A stretch of 64,000 bases of DNA, taken from positions 1 through 64,000 of the forward strand of contig NW_021832413.1 of assembly GCF_006345805.1 (NCBI RefSeq), read 5' to 3'. This document shows positions 34,749 through 47,965 of the stretch, piece by piece; within the stretch, counting starts at the first letter, position 1; each line of letters begins with the position of its first letter. The position numbers were made by a program, and so were the translations under genes. This stretch comes from Octopus sinensis (Eukaryota). The notes beneath the pieces are model-generated. The model had not been told where the DNA came from, ran no database searches, and saw only the letters and a list, made by a program, of their open reading frames with translations.

Positions 34749-36931
34749 TGTCACATGGGTGATCAGGCCCCTATGGGCAACCTGGTCTTTACGTGTTTCC
34801 ATGGCAACTACATAGCAAATATTTACTAAAAGGCCAACTAATATAAAGGCAAACGATACGAACTAATGATTGAACTTTAAATTTTTGAAAAAATGATGTT
34901 TTATATTTGAACCATGCTTGCTTTAAAATAGTAAAATTATTTACAACATTAGCAAATTAGAATGTGAATTATTTTTATTTTTGATAATATAAATTGCAAC
35001 ATTAGCAAATTATAATTTACATCAAATTTTTTGCCATGTTTGTAACAACTTTAACTCTAATTTTAACCCAAACCCTAAATTGGGAAGTGACAACATAAAT
35101 ATATTCAAAATCTAACCCTAACCTTAACCCAAGCCCTAACGTTGGCAAGTGACAACAAAATATATTCGAAATTTAATTTCCAAACCTCAAGCTGTCTCGT
35201 TAAATTGTAGTTTTCCACGTTTAGTTTGTCGTATAACGGCATAGCAACTACTTAGCAAATTATTACTAATAACTTTAAAAATTAATTAATAGATTTTTTT
35301 GAACAACTAACAATATTTAATAGTTATTTTTTTAACCGAGACATCAACACTGTTTGTTTCTCTCCATTTGAAAATTCGACCTAATCATAATTAAGGTTCG
35401 ACCTATACCTCTACGCGTGAATTGGATAAAATTGCACGTATTTCACAAGTATCGAATACTTGGATTCGAATTTATTCAACATCAATGCAGGATTTGTTCC
35501 GTAATCCTTTGCAATTCGAACCTTAATTAGATTAAAAATTAATTACAACTGTGTCCCCTATGGCATAATTGTATTTACTACAATGAACGCCCATCCTCCT
35601 ATTCATCCTCTTGTAGTATTCATCATCACCACCGATCGGTTGTATTTCGAGATTAAATGATGTTTCTGTTGACGATTCTTTAGGTTACTTAAAATGTCCC
35701 ACCTTCTACAGAGTCAATTATCGGTAACAGATTTGTCCCTAGAATCCCTCGGTAACGTTTAATGGGGTCTCATTCGAAAACGAATGCATCGTTGTATTGT
35801 AGCAATACACCGAATATTCGAGAATGGACACCCATTTATTTTCATCAGGGCACTTCAATTTCGCTATTGATCTCGTAATTGTCTGGTTAAAACGTTCCAC
35901 TATACCCTACAAAATAATGTATTCCATAAGATAACTTGTGATCTAGGGTTATTAGGTCTGCCGTGGATATGTTGAATTTTAAACCTCTCGCAAAGTACTC
36001 GAATCTCATTATTTTTGAATTCTGTCCCATTGTCGGATTGTAGAATCTGACAGGGACCATTTAGATAAAATAGGGACTCGAGATTTTTTGAAACCTCGAG
36101 TCCTGACTTGTTAATTAATGGCCTAGCAAAGCCAAATCTATGATAATTATAATCATAAAACCGGCTATAGACGTCAATAACGGATAGAATCCATTTGTAT
36201 CCTCCGTTGACGTTTTCAAACCTTTTCAGATCGATCAGATCTATTTGAAACCGCTCATTCGGAGCAGAGGCGAAAACATGGTTAGTTTCATCCGCGGTCT
36301 AAACGATTACTAAAACAGACTTAACTTTAAGTGGAAGAGAAAACTTGCAGATATCACACTCGGATATGACCTTTCTTACAACATCACTTTTCACGATGAA
36401 GTAATGACGGCGACAAAGAAATTCAATCTTGTTGACGCCTCCGTGAGACATCAAATGTAGAGAACGAGCATGGGTCTCCATCTCTGCTCGACAGTCCAAA
36501 GGAATAACTAATTTCTCAAATTTCCCTTTCAAATAAAGTCTTTAGATTAAAAAAGATTAATACTTATCATTTTTTTGAAAAAAATTGGAAGCTTTTTTGG
36601 CCAATCGGCGTTTGCTTCGAGCATTCATATCCTCCGGAAATATCCCGATTAACGCTTCCTTAATTTGATTGTATTCGTTAATATTTCTAACGTAACCCTT
36701 ATACACAGACATCACAAAGTGTGAGTAACCACGCTGTTAAAATTAATATACTTTTGGGTAAGCCATTTTTAAAAGATAATTCAAATGTAATTTTAAATTA
36801 GAGTAATTGATTATCTACACTCTTCCATATATATAAATTGCTATATTCAATATTTAATACCTTTTCTGTGATTTCCATAGAAACACGTAAAAGGACTGGC
36901 TGCCCATAGCGACCTAGTCACCCATGTGACA
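34749..36931 (-). mobile_element. Ginger2/TDD-like DNA transposon (integrase-type transposase), 2183 bp
   Basis: Imperfect 34-bp TIRs starting TGTCACATGGGTGA, TG..CA ends, 5-bp TSD TACTA (34744-34748 and 36932-36936). No LTR, gag or RT. Confidence 0.92.
35540..36766 (-). CDS. Ginger-type integrase/transposase (HHCC zinc finger plus rve DDE core) split by tiny introns; 3' end unresolved
   Basis: Introns 36540-36563 (24 nt), 36299-36325 (27), 36138-36161 (24), 35907-35935 (29) and possibly 36734-36751 (18). Splicing gives H..SHGG..C..C, ERFQIDLID, VIDVYSRFGFARPL, ILQSDNGTEF and PRSQGIVERFNQTI. A -1 shift occurs near 35760. Confidence 0.88.
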
Positions 36932-37519
36932 TACTATTTTTTTAATTCTGTAGATAGAGATGGAGTCGATAAAATCGAAGTTTTTCGAAAAATATTATAG
37001 CAGGATTATCGGGAAATGTCAGACTTAGTACACGGATTTGCGAGGAATTAAGGTATCATCGATATAAAATAGCTTTAGAACTATGCGCTCACCCAGTACC
37101 ACTGATATCCGGAATACATTTAAAAAATGTAAAAAATCAATTGCGTTTGTGTATTTAATTTGTTGTTATATTTTAGAAAATCCTTTTTGTGGAGACAGTG
37201 TAGGGAGTTGTCATCCGTGTTGACATATTCCTGCCATAATTCAGTCAAAGATGATGTTTTTTCTATCGGATCTGTCAAAAAAATATGTTTACCAGTACAA
37301 ATCATTGTATATATTTTTAATAATCAATATTTTAAATTTTGCAAGAATAAAAATCGCTCTTTCAGGAATGCGCTATCTCTGCCACACAATTGTCTGGAGT
37401 TCGCCTCTTGGAAGAGCACAAGTACTGGAGGGAATTCAAATAGTAAGAAAGTATTTTTTAACTATTTAGTCTGGTCTATAACGAAAAAGGGCTGTGTCTT
37501 TAAAGGTTAGAATTAAGAG

Positions 37520-40500
37520 AGTCGACAGAATTAAGAGACTATTCAAAATTATTTAGAAAAATATGATAACTAGACAAAGCAGTTATTTTGAACTGCGCAT
37601 AAGATGACCTGGCAGTTCCCTCGGACGATCGCCAACGAGACTCTTTGGAAAAGATGACGAGTCTCGTTGGGATCCTTGTTTTGTCTGGCAATCTTCGACC
37701 CCAGCCGACGAAGGAAAGAAAGCGATTCTGGGCCGATGACCCCGGATGTCTCCACGGCTACTGGCGCAAAAATGTGGTTTCTGGCCAGGTACGAGTATTT
37801 TCTTGTTTTTGTGACCTCCGCATGTCTTGCCGCTGAGCCGGGCTCAGCAACTGATGAAATCAGGTTTTGCGGGGAGAATGTGTCGGAGCATGTCGCGTCC
37901 CAGATGAGGCATTTCCCGTGATCGAAGGGAAATGTTGTCATGCCATCTGGGCGCTTTCCATCTCCGCGACCCAACCCGACTGGTTCCAGCACATTAGGGA
38001 ATCCCGCAGATGCCAGGGCGCGGCTCACCACATCATTAAGCCCAGAGTGTTGAGGGAAACGTCCAGCGCTACGCCGGCAGGATAGCGGGTGCAGTCCTAG
38101 GGTGTCAATCATCTGGCCGCAGCGGCATTGATGTTCACGGCAGATGTTTAATCCCAAGCGCAGAGAGACTGCGATGCGGAGGCATTCGTTATCCAGTAAT
38201 GTCCCGACTGATACCATTGGGATAGCTGTCAGCCAGGCTCCTGAATACTTTTGGGACCCAGCAAGCAGGCAGCCCAGGCGGTGTTGATCAAGTTTACACT
38301 TGAGGAGGAAAAACTTGTGGTCCGAATAAATTCCGTCCCACTGCCGCTGTTTGGTCGAATCATCAGGAACTTTGAGACCATTAGCGGACCAGCATCTGAC
38401 AGCCGAAGAGAACTCAGTGTCCACGGGGGATTCAATAGCGGATTGGAGAATCTCGTAGACCAGAAAGCTGGTGGCGTGAGCAGAGGAAAGAAATGCTGGC
38501 AGGGAAAGATCGGCGGCAGAGCGCACACCGATGCCACCGTGGCTAACCGGGAGGATTGCCTGCTCCCAGCCGAGGTCATCAAACGGGGCATTAAAAATTG
38601 CTTCGAGGCATGCATTGAGGGCACGGTCGAAGCTGAAGAGGCCCACGTGATTTGTAAAACAGGGGGCACTTCTGAGGGTGAACATTAGCTTGGGGATTGC
38701 GAAGCAATTCTTCAATAGAAATAAAGCCGCATGGGAATCAATTGTCGTGAGCTTACTGGACATAGATATGAGATTCGAGGTTTTTTCGGACAGAGTTTGA
38801 TCCACTCCAGTGTTGAATATGGGGGAGCCCAAAATCTTGAGATTCGATGGCGTGGTAACTTGAATGTTCGATAAAAGCGAGTTGAAGGAACGAAGAATAT
38901 CGGAAAAATGGTGCGGGTCGTAACTGATGTTTATGATTTCAGATTTATTGGAATTAACTTCGAGACCAATGGCGTGCAATGAAGGGATTATGATTCTCAG
39001 GTCGTCAAGAACGGATTCAGATGTACCACCTATGGTGGCGTCGTCCAAGGACCAAACGTTGAATTTGGATGATACATTCCTGGCAACGTTATCCACAGCC
39101 AGAGCGAAAAGGAGAGGGCCCAAAGGGTCACCTTGCTGTACTCCATTACTGAACGGGATTGTCTGATTACCAGCGACAAGGAGGCTGGGCTGGCCGTAGG
39201 CCAACGCGACGAGACGGGAGATTGCTGGACAGCGACGGGTAGCGGATTCGAAAAAAGTGTCACGACGCACACAGTTGAAAGCATTAGCCAAGTCTATCTT
39301 GATAAGAAGACAAGGCTTGTCTTGCCGAACTTGGGAGGCAATCACAAACTTCCTCGTGGCGTGGACTGCTGCTTCGCAGCCACCCCGAACTCCTACGCCG
39401 AGTTGTATTGGGCGTAATTCGGACCCCAGCAATTTGATGGCTTGTCTGCAAGCTACCTTCGACGCCAGTCGGCGGAAGAGGCAACCCACGGCGATGGGAC
39501 GGACACCGCCTTCCTTTTTCCTCAGGGCAGTGAGATTAGCGGCAAAAAATAGGTCGCGGGCATACTCGGAGATTTCTCCGTTCAAAATTCGGTTCGTAAG
39601 AGCCGTTAGGGTCGATAGGAGGCGCTGACCGGCTTCACAGGTTTGGGGAGAGAGCATGTCTTTGACGTGTCCGGGCCGGAGGCCGTCTATGCCGCCACAG
39701 CTACCAGTTGAAAGAGAATTAATGGCATCGAGGACTTCCTCATCTGAGGCATGTGAGATTGGAAGGTCAGAATGGGTGATAAGGGGCCGTTGGTCGTCTG
39801 GAGGATTGGGGTGCTTCGCTTTTAGTTCTGTAAGGATTTGGGGAGTTATTTCGAGGGCCTTGGAATCAGATGCCAGTACTCGCACAGCGCCGGCAACGTT
39901 TCCTTCCAGTAGTTGGGCGTTTACACGTTCACGTAGACGTATGGCGTCACGGTTAATAGCCTCGTCGTTTTGTAGGACGCGGGGCTGGTGCGTCTGGTTC
40001 TTCCGTTGGGCCTTCCCTGTGGCACCTAGCCAACTAGAGAAATCCGAGGGACAAGGCATGTAGGCCAATATGTTAGCCTTAAATCGCGACGAAATAGAAA
40101 TGGGATGGATGTTATGGCCTCTGGACTGTTTATGGGTGCCTTCTTTAGGGAGACCGAAAGCCATTATGCCAAAACAGAAAAGATGGTTCCAGCTGGATGG
40201 GTCGTTAAAAGAAAGCGCTTTGTTGTAACGGATGATAAAGACTCGGCCGAGAGAATGCGCGCAGCCTTAGGTATTTTGACTGGGATAGTACGGACCCTTT
40301 TGGCTCGGGAAACCGACAAGAGGAAATCTTTCACTGATAGGATGGGTGTAATTGGTTGAGAATTATTGGAATCGGAAAGAATTTTGGAAGATACCGGCCG
40401 CGAACCGCGGGCAAGAGGGTGGCATGAGGGGCAGGTCCATTTGGACAAGGTTGAAGCAGCCAATTTAGAGATTCCAGCACAGGAAAGATGAAAGAAGCTT

Positions 40501-40600
40501 TTGCAGGAGGAACACAGGCAGCCGTTCTTCCTCAGGTTGCTTAAGTTGCACGAAGAGCATAGGAGAGACTTTTTAGAGAAAGGTAGTACCATGTGGATAT
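37520..40600 (-). mobile_element. Near full-length CRE-like non-LTR retrotransposon (PHD finger, RT, REL endonuclease)
   Basis: ORF 40164-40592 carries a C4HC3 PHD finger (CSSC..CSSCKSFFHLSC..WTCPSC). ORF 37570-40164 (864 aa) has VRPIAVG, IDLANAFN, GVQQGDPLGP, WSLDD, CRCG..H..SC, KRPDG, WDATC, K..KY and FQRVSLAIVRGN. One frameshift separates the two ORFs. Element ends are approximate. Confidence 0.93.
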
Positions 40601-41149
40601 GCTAAATTGAGGCAATGTAAAAAAGATGGATATAGTAAATAGAGACAATGAAAGAAAAAGACAATGAGAGAAGGATATAAGAGATAGATGTAATTGATTG
40701 GGACAATGTAATAAAATGGATATAAGAGAGAATTAGTAAATTGAGACTATAATGAGATGGATTGAGACAATGAAAAACAACAGTAAAAAAAAACAACAAC
40801 AACAAGGTGGTCATTTGACCAGAACTAAATGACCATCGACCTTCCAGATTTCAAAAAAGTGTTTTTGGAGAAGGCAACATCTCCCTTCTTCGTTTTTCAG
40901 TCAATTTGCATGCCGTTGTGATGTCTGGATGAGTATTGGGCATTCCCCCTCATCTCCCTCGTTACCCTCGAGGCCATCAATTCTGTGCAATAACTTGGCT
41001 ACATGAAAGAAATAAGGCAATTGGGGAATTGTAGAAAAACAGTAAAAGTATTTCGATTCGGAAAGTGATCCTCAATATCCTCGACTCTTTCTTGAGGGAT
41101 GTGGTCTTTATTAGTTATTCCACCCTTCTAATCGGCAAACACTCAACTG

Positions 41150-42560
41150 GCCGCCATTCCTTGTGATCTTCCCCTCCTCCACTGCTCCTGTGTCACCAGC
41201 GAGGCTTTACTGAAGGGGGAATCTTCCAGTCATGAAAGTATTTCCAAACTCTCATTTTAAGGAACCAATTGACTTTTCAGTGGATGAGTTTGATGTTAAT
41301 AGTCACTGGAAACTGCATTTGGTTTATTCAGGTCTAATCGACACCATCACTGAAGGGGTCACTTCCTTTGGGTTGTACAAGCGCTGTCTCTGTGTTGTGG
41401 CCCGTATTAAATTCTCCACATTTCAAAGACGTCTTTTCAAGATAATTCTCCAAAACGCCCAGAACAGTCATCTTCATCGCTCCGACTCATTCTATCTTAT
41501 TCTCCTCCTTCTCTGCTTCGGTATCGCTGCTGCCATCCATGTGTGGGTCTCTGGTTGTGTTTTGAGGAATATTCCAGTCGCAGAGGAGTATGGCAACAAG
41601 CAGTACAAACTGCTTTTGAAATGCATGTTCATTCTAGCATCAATTCTGCCTTCTGAACTTCCCCTCGAACTGACAGTCAATGCCAGGCTCAGGTCTCTTT
41701 CCAAACTGGGTATTCTTCTGAGTTGAGACAAAGGAATATTTTGCACTGATTCACACAAAATTCCCTTTGCGGGGAGAACTGGAATTTGTAGTTTTAACAA
41801 GACGGGGACACTTACGAGCGAACAACTCATTCTGGCAGGAGTCAACGGCCTCAAGTTCTCTCCATTGAAGTGAGGTCTAGTAATTCGGCAACTCTCCTGT
41901 GCTCTTCTGACTTTCCTGACAATCTCCTGGTAGGCATTGCTTCCTGCAAGTCTTTCTACATTCACAACAACACGGTCGTCGTAGAGTTCACTGACTAAAT
42001 TACCTACAAAAGTGTGATTTTGTTTGTAATGTTAGATAAACTGTCCCTCCAACGTGGAAGGGGAAGAACGATTCCTCCACAACTCGAGATTGTTCGGAGA
42101 TTTCATTTTAGTTCGACTTTACGTAGAATGACAGTTATTGGTCATTTTATTCCACGAAATTCCAACGTGACGAAATATTTCGTGGCAGTCAAAGGTGCCC
42201 CTGAAGCACTCAAGGATTGTGTATCCGTCCTGTCTAACCATAGTTTGCCTCCATTCCCCCCGATTATAACAAGATTGTCAAACAGAGCATGTCCCTCGGT
42301 TACCGACTGTTGGCCATTGGGTACCGTCTCTGTGATAAATATCCCCAAAACGACCTTTCAGTCCAGTTGGAGTTTTGTGGATTCGCCGATAAAGTCTGAT
42401 TCATTCAGCACTGTTGGCCAGTTACAGCAGTCGTCCCGTCATGTGCGTATTGTGGACTATTCCTTAGGTTATGATGATCTCTAAAGACAGTTTTCATACT
42501 GTCTGCTACGTCGTTTCACGACTTGGATAACACAGAGTGGTCCCAAAGTCCTCGTCAAAG
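41150..42560 (+). pseudogene. ATP13A1: P5A-type ATPase (ATP13A1/Spf1-like), damaged; phosphorylation site reads NKTGT
   Basis: YKLLLKCMFILASILPSELPLEL, GIFCTDSHKIPFAG, CSFNKTGTLTS, RFHFSSTLRRM and VAVKGAPE match P5A motifs. Stops, deletions and frameshifts are present. Confidence 0.8.
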
Positions 42561-43321
42561 GTCCACTTGTTGTGATATAGTAGATGATGGAGAGAAATTA
42601 GTATTCGGGTTATCTGTCCTGGAAGCAGAGTATTCTGAGACGAATTTGGAATGCTTTGAGTAGTCGTGGAGGGAGTAGTCGGTTTGTATGACAGGAAACA
42701 TACAATTCACATTGTTTCCGTCTGATGTCCGTAGGCCTCGATATGCTTGCAATGTCCAATCCGGAGTTATTCAGATTGGTATTGCCTCACGTTTGTGTTT
42801 ACAAAGACTGACCCACAACAAAAAGTGACCTCTTTAACCGGGCCACACTCAAGGAGATGATCTCTGAAATCAGTGGAAAATAGATATCGGTACAAAGCTG
42901 GACGCCGCCAGGAAATGGGAGAAGGCTTGTAAAACTTTAACCACAAAACCCAAACTTCTGGGACTGTTCTGAGAAGAAAATGTTACGTGGTCGAAAAGAG
43001 TTCTAAGCCCCCAAATTCGTCCCAATCACCAAGAAATGTACAAATATCACATAAAAGCACTACAGTACTGCAGTAGTGATCAATTACGTAAATAATCATC
43101 ATCTGCACTGCCAATTTAAGTTAAATGTCGTTCGAGGTACTACAGTGCCTGGGAATAAAGTCCACATTCATACGCTGCCTTCCCCAACTTGTAGAGACAA
43201 CAATACTCGATTGTAACACTCCCTAGCTGTTTTTGTCCAGTGTTTTGGAAAACAGTCCATATTGTGTTTTAGAATCCGATGATCACTTGATGGAGTGATT
43301 TGTCGCACTGGGAGTTGAGTA

Positions 43322-44271
43322 CAGTATAACCTCCATTTGGGGCATCAATTTTGAAAAATTGCCCCAAAAATAGAGGTTTCCCCAAAAATGGAGGTCTGAA
43401 ATTTTCTTTATTTTTATAAAAATTTTAATAGTTTTAGCATATTTTTCATTAAATAAATAAAGTATTTTTAAGAACATTTAAACATGTTTTCCACTAATTT
43501 TATTGATAATTAGAGTATTTTTCAAGTAGAAAAAAATTTTTATTCTATTACACGAAAATAATCTGTTATTTTGTTTCCTGTTGCAGATTTCTTCATATGT
43601 ATGCCCAATATTTTTCTGAAATTGTAATAGTCTTTTAACGCATCGGGAAACAAACGGTGAATATTCTCTTCAAGGTTATTCATTGCTGTTATCGTGTCCA
43701 AGTGTGAACAGTTGCATTCAGTTTGGTCATATATTGACTCATCATTATTTTCTTCTTCATTTTCAGCAATTACGTCTGCAATTATCGTGTCCAAATTTTC
43801 TTTCTCACTGTTAACTAAAAAATTTGAACTAGGAATCTGTTGCCGACAGTTATTAATTGTTTCCCAACAATTCGTTATTGTTTCAGGATTTAAATTTTGC
43901 CATGTTTTTCCAACAACTTACATTAATAAAAAACCTTTACTAATTTTGTACTTATCTACAATATCTCGTTCAGTAAAATGTTTATTTTCACTTAATTCCT
44001 TGGCAATTTTGATCTTTAACTCAAGACTAAGCTTACGAGCCATAACAACAAGAATACAAAAATTACACGAGGCTTCCAAATGAAATTTTATATAATTAAT
44101 TTTAATTTTAATAGCAAATATGTATATAAATTAAAAATCCTGTGCCCCACTTAGAGGTTCCGATAATTTCTAAATTTGGAAATTACCGCATAAAAATTAT
44201 ATCCTTTTCAAACTACCCCAAAAATAGAGGTTCCCCAAGCCAGAGGTCTGCCCCAAATGGAGGTTATACTG
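43322..44271 (-). mobile_element. Internally deleted pogo/Tigger-like element (950 bp)
   Basis: Perfect 23-bp TIRs CAGTATAACCTCCATTTGGGGCA with TA flanks. DDE_1 C-terminal remnant on the minus strand (43540-44090). Confidence 0.93.
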
Positions 44272-44530
44272 TACTTCGCTAACTGTCAATTGTCATTTAT
44301 AGCCAGCCGACTCTTTGAGAGTAGTCGTAAAATCAAGAATGGCGACAATGTTCAAATAATACTGAAAAAAATGATCAGGTCGGTAGAGTTGTAAGGGATT
44401 AGCATTAGTATGTCCACTAGAGACCGATTTGAAGGGTTTATGTGTTTTGGGCCGAAAAACAAGTCCATTTCCTCACCCAATCCGTCGCAGAACATTATCA
44501 GTACTTTTTTTACACGTTTTATTATTGATA

Positions 44531-44660
44531 CAGTAAAACCTCTCGAATCCGCCGTCTCTCGAATCCGCCACCTCTCGAATTCGCCAAATTTTTTCAAGAA
44601 TACGAAATTTCCTATGATAAATTCCCGAATCCGCCAATTTCTCGAATCCGCCGCATTTTT
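44531..44660 (+). mobile_element. Terminus of another Tigger-like element, interrupted by the Helitron 3' end
   Basis: TA followed by CAGTAAAACCTCTCGAATCCGCC with five CGAAT(C/T)CGCC subterminal repeats; same architecture as the end at 7275. Confidence 0.75.
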
Positions 44661-44781
44661 ATAAATATACTAGCTCGGCAGCTCGCTTCGCTCACCGCGA
44701 CCTAGTTCCTGCGGAGGGCCTGTTTCATCAAACAACTATAAGTTTATGTAGATGTATAAAACTACCTGGTTTAATGTAACC

Positions 44782-45213
44782 CTATTCTATCGCCTGTTGA
44801 TAAACGATGTTTGTCGTCCGTCCTTCCTTGGCATATATGAATAAATTTTCTCTTCTGCCTACCCTCGAGCATCCCACATACAGCTGTCCATGTGAAAAGC
44901 ACTCACTCTCTAAAAATAACCCAACAACCTTTAATGACTGTCCCTGGGCCTTGTTTATTGTCATTACAAAACTCATCCTCAAAGGAAATTGCAGCCTTTT
45001 AAATCTAAATGGTAATTCATCAGAAATTATCGGAATTCGTGGAATATAAACATCCTCACCTCTATACTTACCTGTTAATATCGTCGCCTCTATTACGTTA
45101 GCCATCAAATTTTTGAGAACTAACCCCGTTCCGTTGCATAATTTAGGTGGCGCAAGATTTCGTAATAAAACCACTGGAACGCCTATCTTTAACTTTAAAA
45201 GATGATTCGGCAT
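44782..45213 (-). pseudogene. Helitron RepHel PIF1-helicase C-terminal fragment (copy at 57083-57513)
   Basis: [64 protein letters not shown] (SF1B helicase motifs V-VI). Confidence 0.95.
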
Positions 45214-46079
45214 TCCAGAGGGATCTAAGGAGTTTAAAAATTCAATCCGGTTGAATTTTTAGAAAATAACAAAAAAATAAAGAAAAACAAATAAAAATGA
45301 ATAATTTAAAAACAAAAAAATAAAAAAAACAAAAAAAAAACTTTAAAAATTTGTAAAATAGTATAAACAAAAAAAATCTCTGCCGCCACGGCAACAACCT
45401 GTCTAATTTTTTAACAGCCAATTAAAATAATGCTTAAGAGCCTTTATAGTCCGGAGATTTAGCTAAGTGACCTTGATTAGACAAACCACTGGCGGAAATG
45501 GGGCAGCCGGAGATGCGGCAGCAGAGTAGCAGCAGCCAAAAAAGCGACACACAAAAAAGATTTAATTAATTACCTTAAGCTGACCGTTTTTTCTTCAGCT
45601 CCGTTTTTCCTCTTTCGGTTATCTATTTAAAAAATTATTTGTGAATAATAAAAAAGTTTAGGAAAAAAGGAATACCGAATATAAATTCTATTTTTACGAA
45701 AAACTTAACTAAATAGTTAATATTTTTACGCAAATTATTCTGATTGCGCTGTCAATTGGTGGTAAATTGTGTTAATGATTGTGCTAATGTGGTTTTAACT
45801 ATCAAAGTGTTTTTCAAAATCTGTTAATTGCACACTCTATTCAAGGTCGTGCAATCTGTAATTGCACATTCTGTCAAAGTCAAATATGATAATAGCTTTA
45901 TTTTGATTCATGGTCGATAATGATATATGCATTTAATTTTAAAGAGAAAATCATAGGATGAATTGAATTTCTTTATCGCGAATAATTGGGAGTTCATCAT
46001 TGTTAATATTCTCGCTGTCGTTTTCATCAAGGATATTCTTAATACGTGAGATTTTTGCCTCGAAGGTTTTAATGGACCT

Positions 46080-47620
46080 CATCATGAATGTCGAGGACAT
46101 TAACGTTGTTCATTTTAATCAAATGCAGAAAATAATTTTTTGATTTTTTGGCGGGAAGGTTTTAAGGACCTCATCATGTAAGTCGAGGACATCGTAGTTG
46201 TTCATTTTAACCAAAATGCAGAAAATTTTTTTTTAATTTTTTTTGGGGGGGAAGGTTTTAGGGACCTCATCATGTAAGTCGAGGACATCGTAGTTGTTCA
46301 TTTTAACCAAAATGCAGAAAATTTTTTTTTAATTTTTTTTGGGGGGGAAGGTTTTAGGGACCTCATCATGTAAGTCGAGGACATCGTAGTTGTTCATTTT
46401 AACCAAAATGCAGAAAACTTTTTTTTTAATTTTTTTTTGGGGGGAAGGTTTTAAGGACTTTATCATGTAAGTCGAGGACATCGTAGTTGTTCATTTTAAC
46501 CAAAATGCAGAAATTTTTTTTTAATTTTTTTTGGGGGGGAAGGTTTTAAGGACTTCATCATGTAAGTCGAGGACATTGTAGTTGTTCATTTTAACCAAAA
46601 TGCAGAAATTTTTTTTTAATTTTTTTTTGGGGGGAAGGTTTTAAGGACTTCATCATGTAAGTCGAGGACATCGTAGTTGTTCATTTTAACCAAAATGCAG
46701 AAAATTTTTTTTTAATTTTTTTTGGGGGGGAAGGTTTTAAGGACTTCATCATGTAAGTCGAGGACATTGTAGTTGTTCATTTTAACCAAAATGCAGAAAA
46801 TTTTTTTTAATTTTTTTGGGGGGAAGGTTTTAAGGACTTCATCATGTAAGTCGAGGACATTGTAGTTATTCATTTTAACCAAAATGCAGAAAATTTTTTT
46901 TTAATTTTTTTGGGGGGGAAGGTTTTAAGGACTTCATCATGTAAGTCGAGGACATTGTAGTTGTTCATTTTAACCAAAATGCAGAAAATTTTTTTTTAAT
47001 TTTTTTTGGGGGGAAGGTTTTAAGGACTTCATCATGTAAGTCGAGGACATTGTAGTTGTTCATTTTAACCAAAATGCAGAAAATTTTTTTTTAATTTTTT
47101 TTTGGGGGGAAGGTTTTAAGGACCTCATCATGAATGTCGAGGACATTGTAGTTGTTCATTTTAACCAAAATGCAGAAAATTTTTTTTTAATTTTTTTTGG
47201 GGGGAAGGTTTTAAGGACTTCATCATGAATGTCGAGGACATTGTAGTTGTTCATTTAACCAATGCAGAAAATTTTTTTTTAATTTTTTTTGGGGGGAAGG
47301 TTTTAAGGACTTCATCATGTAAGTCGAGGACATTGTAGTTGTTCATTCTAACCAAAATGCAGAAAATTTTTTTTTAATTTTTTTGGGGGGAAGTTTTAAG
47401 GACTTCATCATGTAAGTCGAGGACATTGTAGTTGTTCATTTTAACCAAAATGCAGAAAATTTTTTTTTAATTTTTTGGGGGGAAGTTTTAAGGACTTCAT
47501 CATGTAAGTCGAGGACATTGTAGTTGTTCATTCTAACCAAAATGCAGAAAATTTTTTTTTAATTTTTTTTGGGGGGAAGGTTTTAAGGACTTCATCATGT
47601 AAGTCGAGGACATTGTATTG
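46080..47620. repeat. Tandem array of a ~95-97-bp unit (~16 copies) inside Helitron copy 1
   Basis: Unit GGAAGGTTTTAAGGAC(C/T)TCATCATGTAAGTCGAGGACAT(C/T)GTAGTTGTTCATTTTAACCAAAATGCAGAAAATn-AATn-Gn. CATCATG recurs at 46172, 46268 and 46364. Confidence 0.97.
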
Positions 47621-47965
47621 TTCAGGTATTGGTTGGGTTAGGGTTTGAAAAAATTTAATGTAGAATTTTCGAATGGAAAAAACTGATTAAAATTAAAGAT
47701 TTACTCAGGGGTTATAGCCAATTTTCGAATGGATATACAAAGATTGTTCACATGAAAAGAATCAAAAAAGGACAAAATAATTAATTTTATTTCACAAAGC
47801 ATTTCACACAATTTACATCATTTAAAATATGTTTTAATGTGCTTATCAGTCAAAATGGTTTGTTGTAATAAAAATATTATTTTAATTTATTTATTTTAAA
47901 GCATCTTTTAGTATATCATTAAATTGTACTTTAATTAACCTAATATATTGGTTGAATTTTATGAC

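Larger units (their letters stand above)
44670..47620 (-). mobile_element. Non-autonomous Helitron copy 1 (intact 3' end, PIF1 remnant, satellite array; lacks ~60 bp of the 5' end)
   Basis: Minus-strand 3' end GCGGTGAGCGAAGCGAGCTGCCGAG-CTAG followed by T (hairpin plus CTAG). PIF1 C-terminus at 44782-45213. The body matches 48321-50050 (inverted) and 57073-58864. Confidence 0.92.

Noticed and set aside
38229-40359. Long antisense and alternate-frame ORFs over the CRE element (and similarly over 13.7-15.7 kb and 50-53 kb)
   Set aside because: They are shadows of GC-richer, stop-poor retroelement coding sequence with no recognisable motifs.
44352-44597. Mariner-like motif (IPYNSTDL) on the minus strand
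   Set aside because: Too weak, and the ORF is half made of the Tigger terminus.
44782-45213. Host PIF1 helicase gene
   Set aside because: Only the C-terminal fragment is present, it is duplicated, and it is bounded by Helitron termini.
46080-47620. CRISPR-like or coding interpretation of the ~96-bp arrays (ORFs 48553-49419)
   Set aside because: There are no unique spacers, the context is eukaryotic, and the repetitive MNNYxVLDLHDEV ORFs shift frame with homopolymer length, so they are incidental.
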